NCBI GenBank assembly: GCA_963703955.1
Contig: CAVPGK010000012.1
Span: 147,039 to 211,038, forward strand
Length of the DNA: 64,000 nt
Reading direction: 5' to 3'
DNA from: Nitrospirota bacterium
GTDB taxonomy: Bacteria; Nitrospirota; Nitrospiria; Nitrospirales; Nitrospiraceae
Below, piece after piece: positions 62,782-64,000 of this stretch. The notes beneath the pieces were generated by a model. That model ran no database searches. It had not been told where the DNA came from and was given only the letters and a program-made list of their open reading frames with translations. Positions within the stretch are counted from its first letter, which is position 1; every line of letters starts with the position of its first letter. Made by a program: the position numbers and the translations under genes.

Positions 62782-63657
62782 TTAGTGGACAGCCCGTATG
62801 ACTTGCCCTGCCTGCCGTTCAAACTCCGCCGGGCTGAGATAGCCCAAGGTGGAATGCCGCCGCCGCCGATTATAGAACCCTTCCAGATACTCGAAAATCT
62901 CGGTCTTGGCCTCCTGCCGTGTCTGAAACCGTCGGTGATGGACCAGTTCGGTCTTCAGCGTGGCAAAGAAGCTTTCCACCACCGCATTGTCCCAACAATT
63001 GCCGGGGCGACTCATCGAGCCGTGAATCCCCAGGGCAGTCAGCCGTTGCTGGTAGGTGACGGCGGCATACTGACAGCCTCGGTCCGAATGATGGAGCAAC
63101 CCTGACACGGCCGGACGCTGGTGCAGGGCCATCTCCAATGCCTGCATGGTCAGGGCCGTGGTCATCTGCGTCCCCATGGCCCATCCCACAATGCGCCGAG
63201 AATAAAGATCCAACAACACGGCGAGATACAGCCAGCCCTCGCGGGTCGCAATGTACGTGATGTCGCCCACCCATTTGTGATTCGGGCGGGTGGCCGTGAA
63301 GTTCCGCTGCAAGTCGTTGGCGGCCATCATCTCTGGAGGGCACGGCCGTGGCCGCCGATAGTGGCGACGGCAGATACTCCGCAGACCGTGCAGCCGCATC
63401 AGCCGGGCCACGCGATGACGGCCGACGCGAATCCCTCGGGCCTGGAGTTCCCGATGCAGACGCGGACTCCCATACCGTCCTCGAAATTCCTGATAACATG
63501 CCCGCAGGTGTGCCCCCAGCCAGTGATTCGCTCGATCGCGCGCCCTCTCGGGGTGCCGACGCCAAGCATAGAACCCACTACGAGCGACGGCCATGACCCG
63601 ACACAACATCTCGACGGGATACTGCGCCTTCTCCGCCTGAATGAAGCCATACCTCAT
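62782..63657 (-). CDS. IS3 transposase OrfB (DDE/rve)
   Basis: WVGDITY, DLYSR, HSDRGCQY and DNAVVESFF motifs. Confidence 0.95.
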   Translation of the reverse strand: MRYGFIQAEKAQYPVEMLCRVMAVARSGFYAWRRHPERARDRANHWLGAHLRACYQEFRGRYGSPRLHRELQARGIRVGRHRVARLMRLHGLRSICRRHYRRPRPCPPEMMAANDLQRNFTATRPNHKWVGDITYIATREGWLYLAVLLDLYSRRIVGWAMGTQMTTALTMQALEMALHQRPAVSGLLHHSDRGCQYAAVTYQQRLTALGIHGSMSRPGNCWDNAVVESFFATLKTELVHHRRFQTRQEAKTEIFEYLEGFYNRRRRHSTLGYLSPAEFERQAGQVIRAVH

Positions 63658-63935
63658 GCCGACTCCTTGGCGAAGAAGGCTGCCGCCTTTTTTAGGATGT
63701 CCCGCTCCATGCGAAGCCGTTCAACTTCACGGCGTAACTGTTTGAGTTCCTCCGCCGCCTGAAATCCATTCGTCCCCGGCAGCGTGGTATTGGCCTCACG
63801 CTGCCATCGGCTCAACGTGGTTTGATTGATCCCCAGTTCCTTGGCCACCTGATTGGCACTCTGGCCACTGCGGCGCACCAGCGCGATGGCCTCCTGCTTG
63901 AACTCCGAACTAAATATTCCTCGGTCTCTCTTCAT
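63654..63935 (-). CDS. IS3 transposase OrfA (HTH) with an A6G -1 frameshift site
   Basis: FSSEFK..VAKELGI..W and ILKKAAAFFA; AAAAAAG at 63693-63687 puts the -1 frame into OrfB; ATGA overlap. Confidence 0.92.
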   Translation of the reverse strand: MKRDRGIFSSEFKQEAIALVRRSGQSANQVAKELGINQTTLSRWQREANTTLPGTNGFQAAEELKQLRREVERLRMERDILKKAAAFFAKESA

Positions 63936-64000
63936 CGGATACACCTCCTTCTTGGCATTATGCCTAAGAGGTGTCCACAAAATCAGGGGAGGTTCAGCAG

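Larger units (their letters stand above)
62767..63996 (-). mobile_element. Complete IS3-family insertion sequence (1230 bp)
   Basis: TG..CA ends; 25-bp imperfect inverted repeats (TGATCTTTCCCCGATTTAGTGGACA and TGAACCTCCCCTGATTTTGTGGACA); GCA direct repeat on both flanks. Confidence 0.95.

Noticed and set aside
1..64000. CRISPR arrays, rRNA, tRNA, prophage, retron or reverse transcriptase systems
   Set aside because: No regularly spaced repeats, RNA-gene signatures, or RT/phage proteins seen by eye; not confirmed computationally

Overview
A 64 kb bacterial chromosomal segment of fairly high GC. Gene content suggests Nitrospirota/Nitrospira-like, which is inference only. Left half: 5'-truncated CopA, a frameshifted AsmA-like gene with three 76-aa repeats, MscS, a DUF72/hydrolase/HEAT trio, GH13, amgK-murU, Pal-like, GH57-galT, a sulfur carrier plus TtuA, DnaJ-like, Spy/PepSY and a frameshifted ilvD. 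Middle: a CBS/lipoprotein/FmdB patch containing a ~435-nt promoter-to-terminator unit with no long ORF and many nested helices (candidate unannotated large structured ncRNA, the top finding), plus a second structured intergenic tract. Right half: a sigma54-driven pilA followed by an O-antigen-ligase-like gene, pilGHI-like genes and a glycan cluster; then TPR, dnaB, hisZ, serA, an aminotransferase, mltD-like, bioF, pilT/pilU, cytochrome c, thioredoxin-like, an FGE protein, a decayed LuxR gene and a complete IS3 element with a 3-bp target duplication. Many single-base indels between about 2 and 26 kb look like assembly errors. No rRNA, tRNA or CRISPR array was seen.
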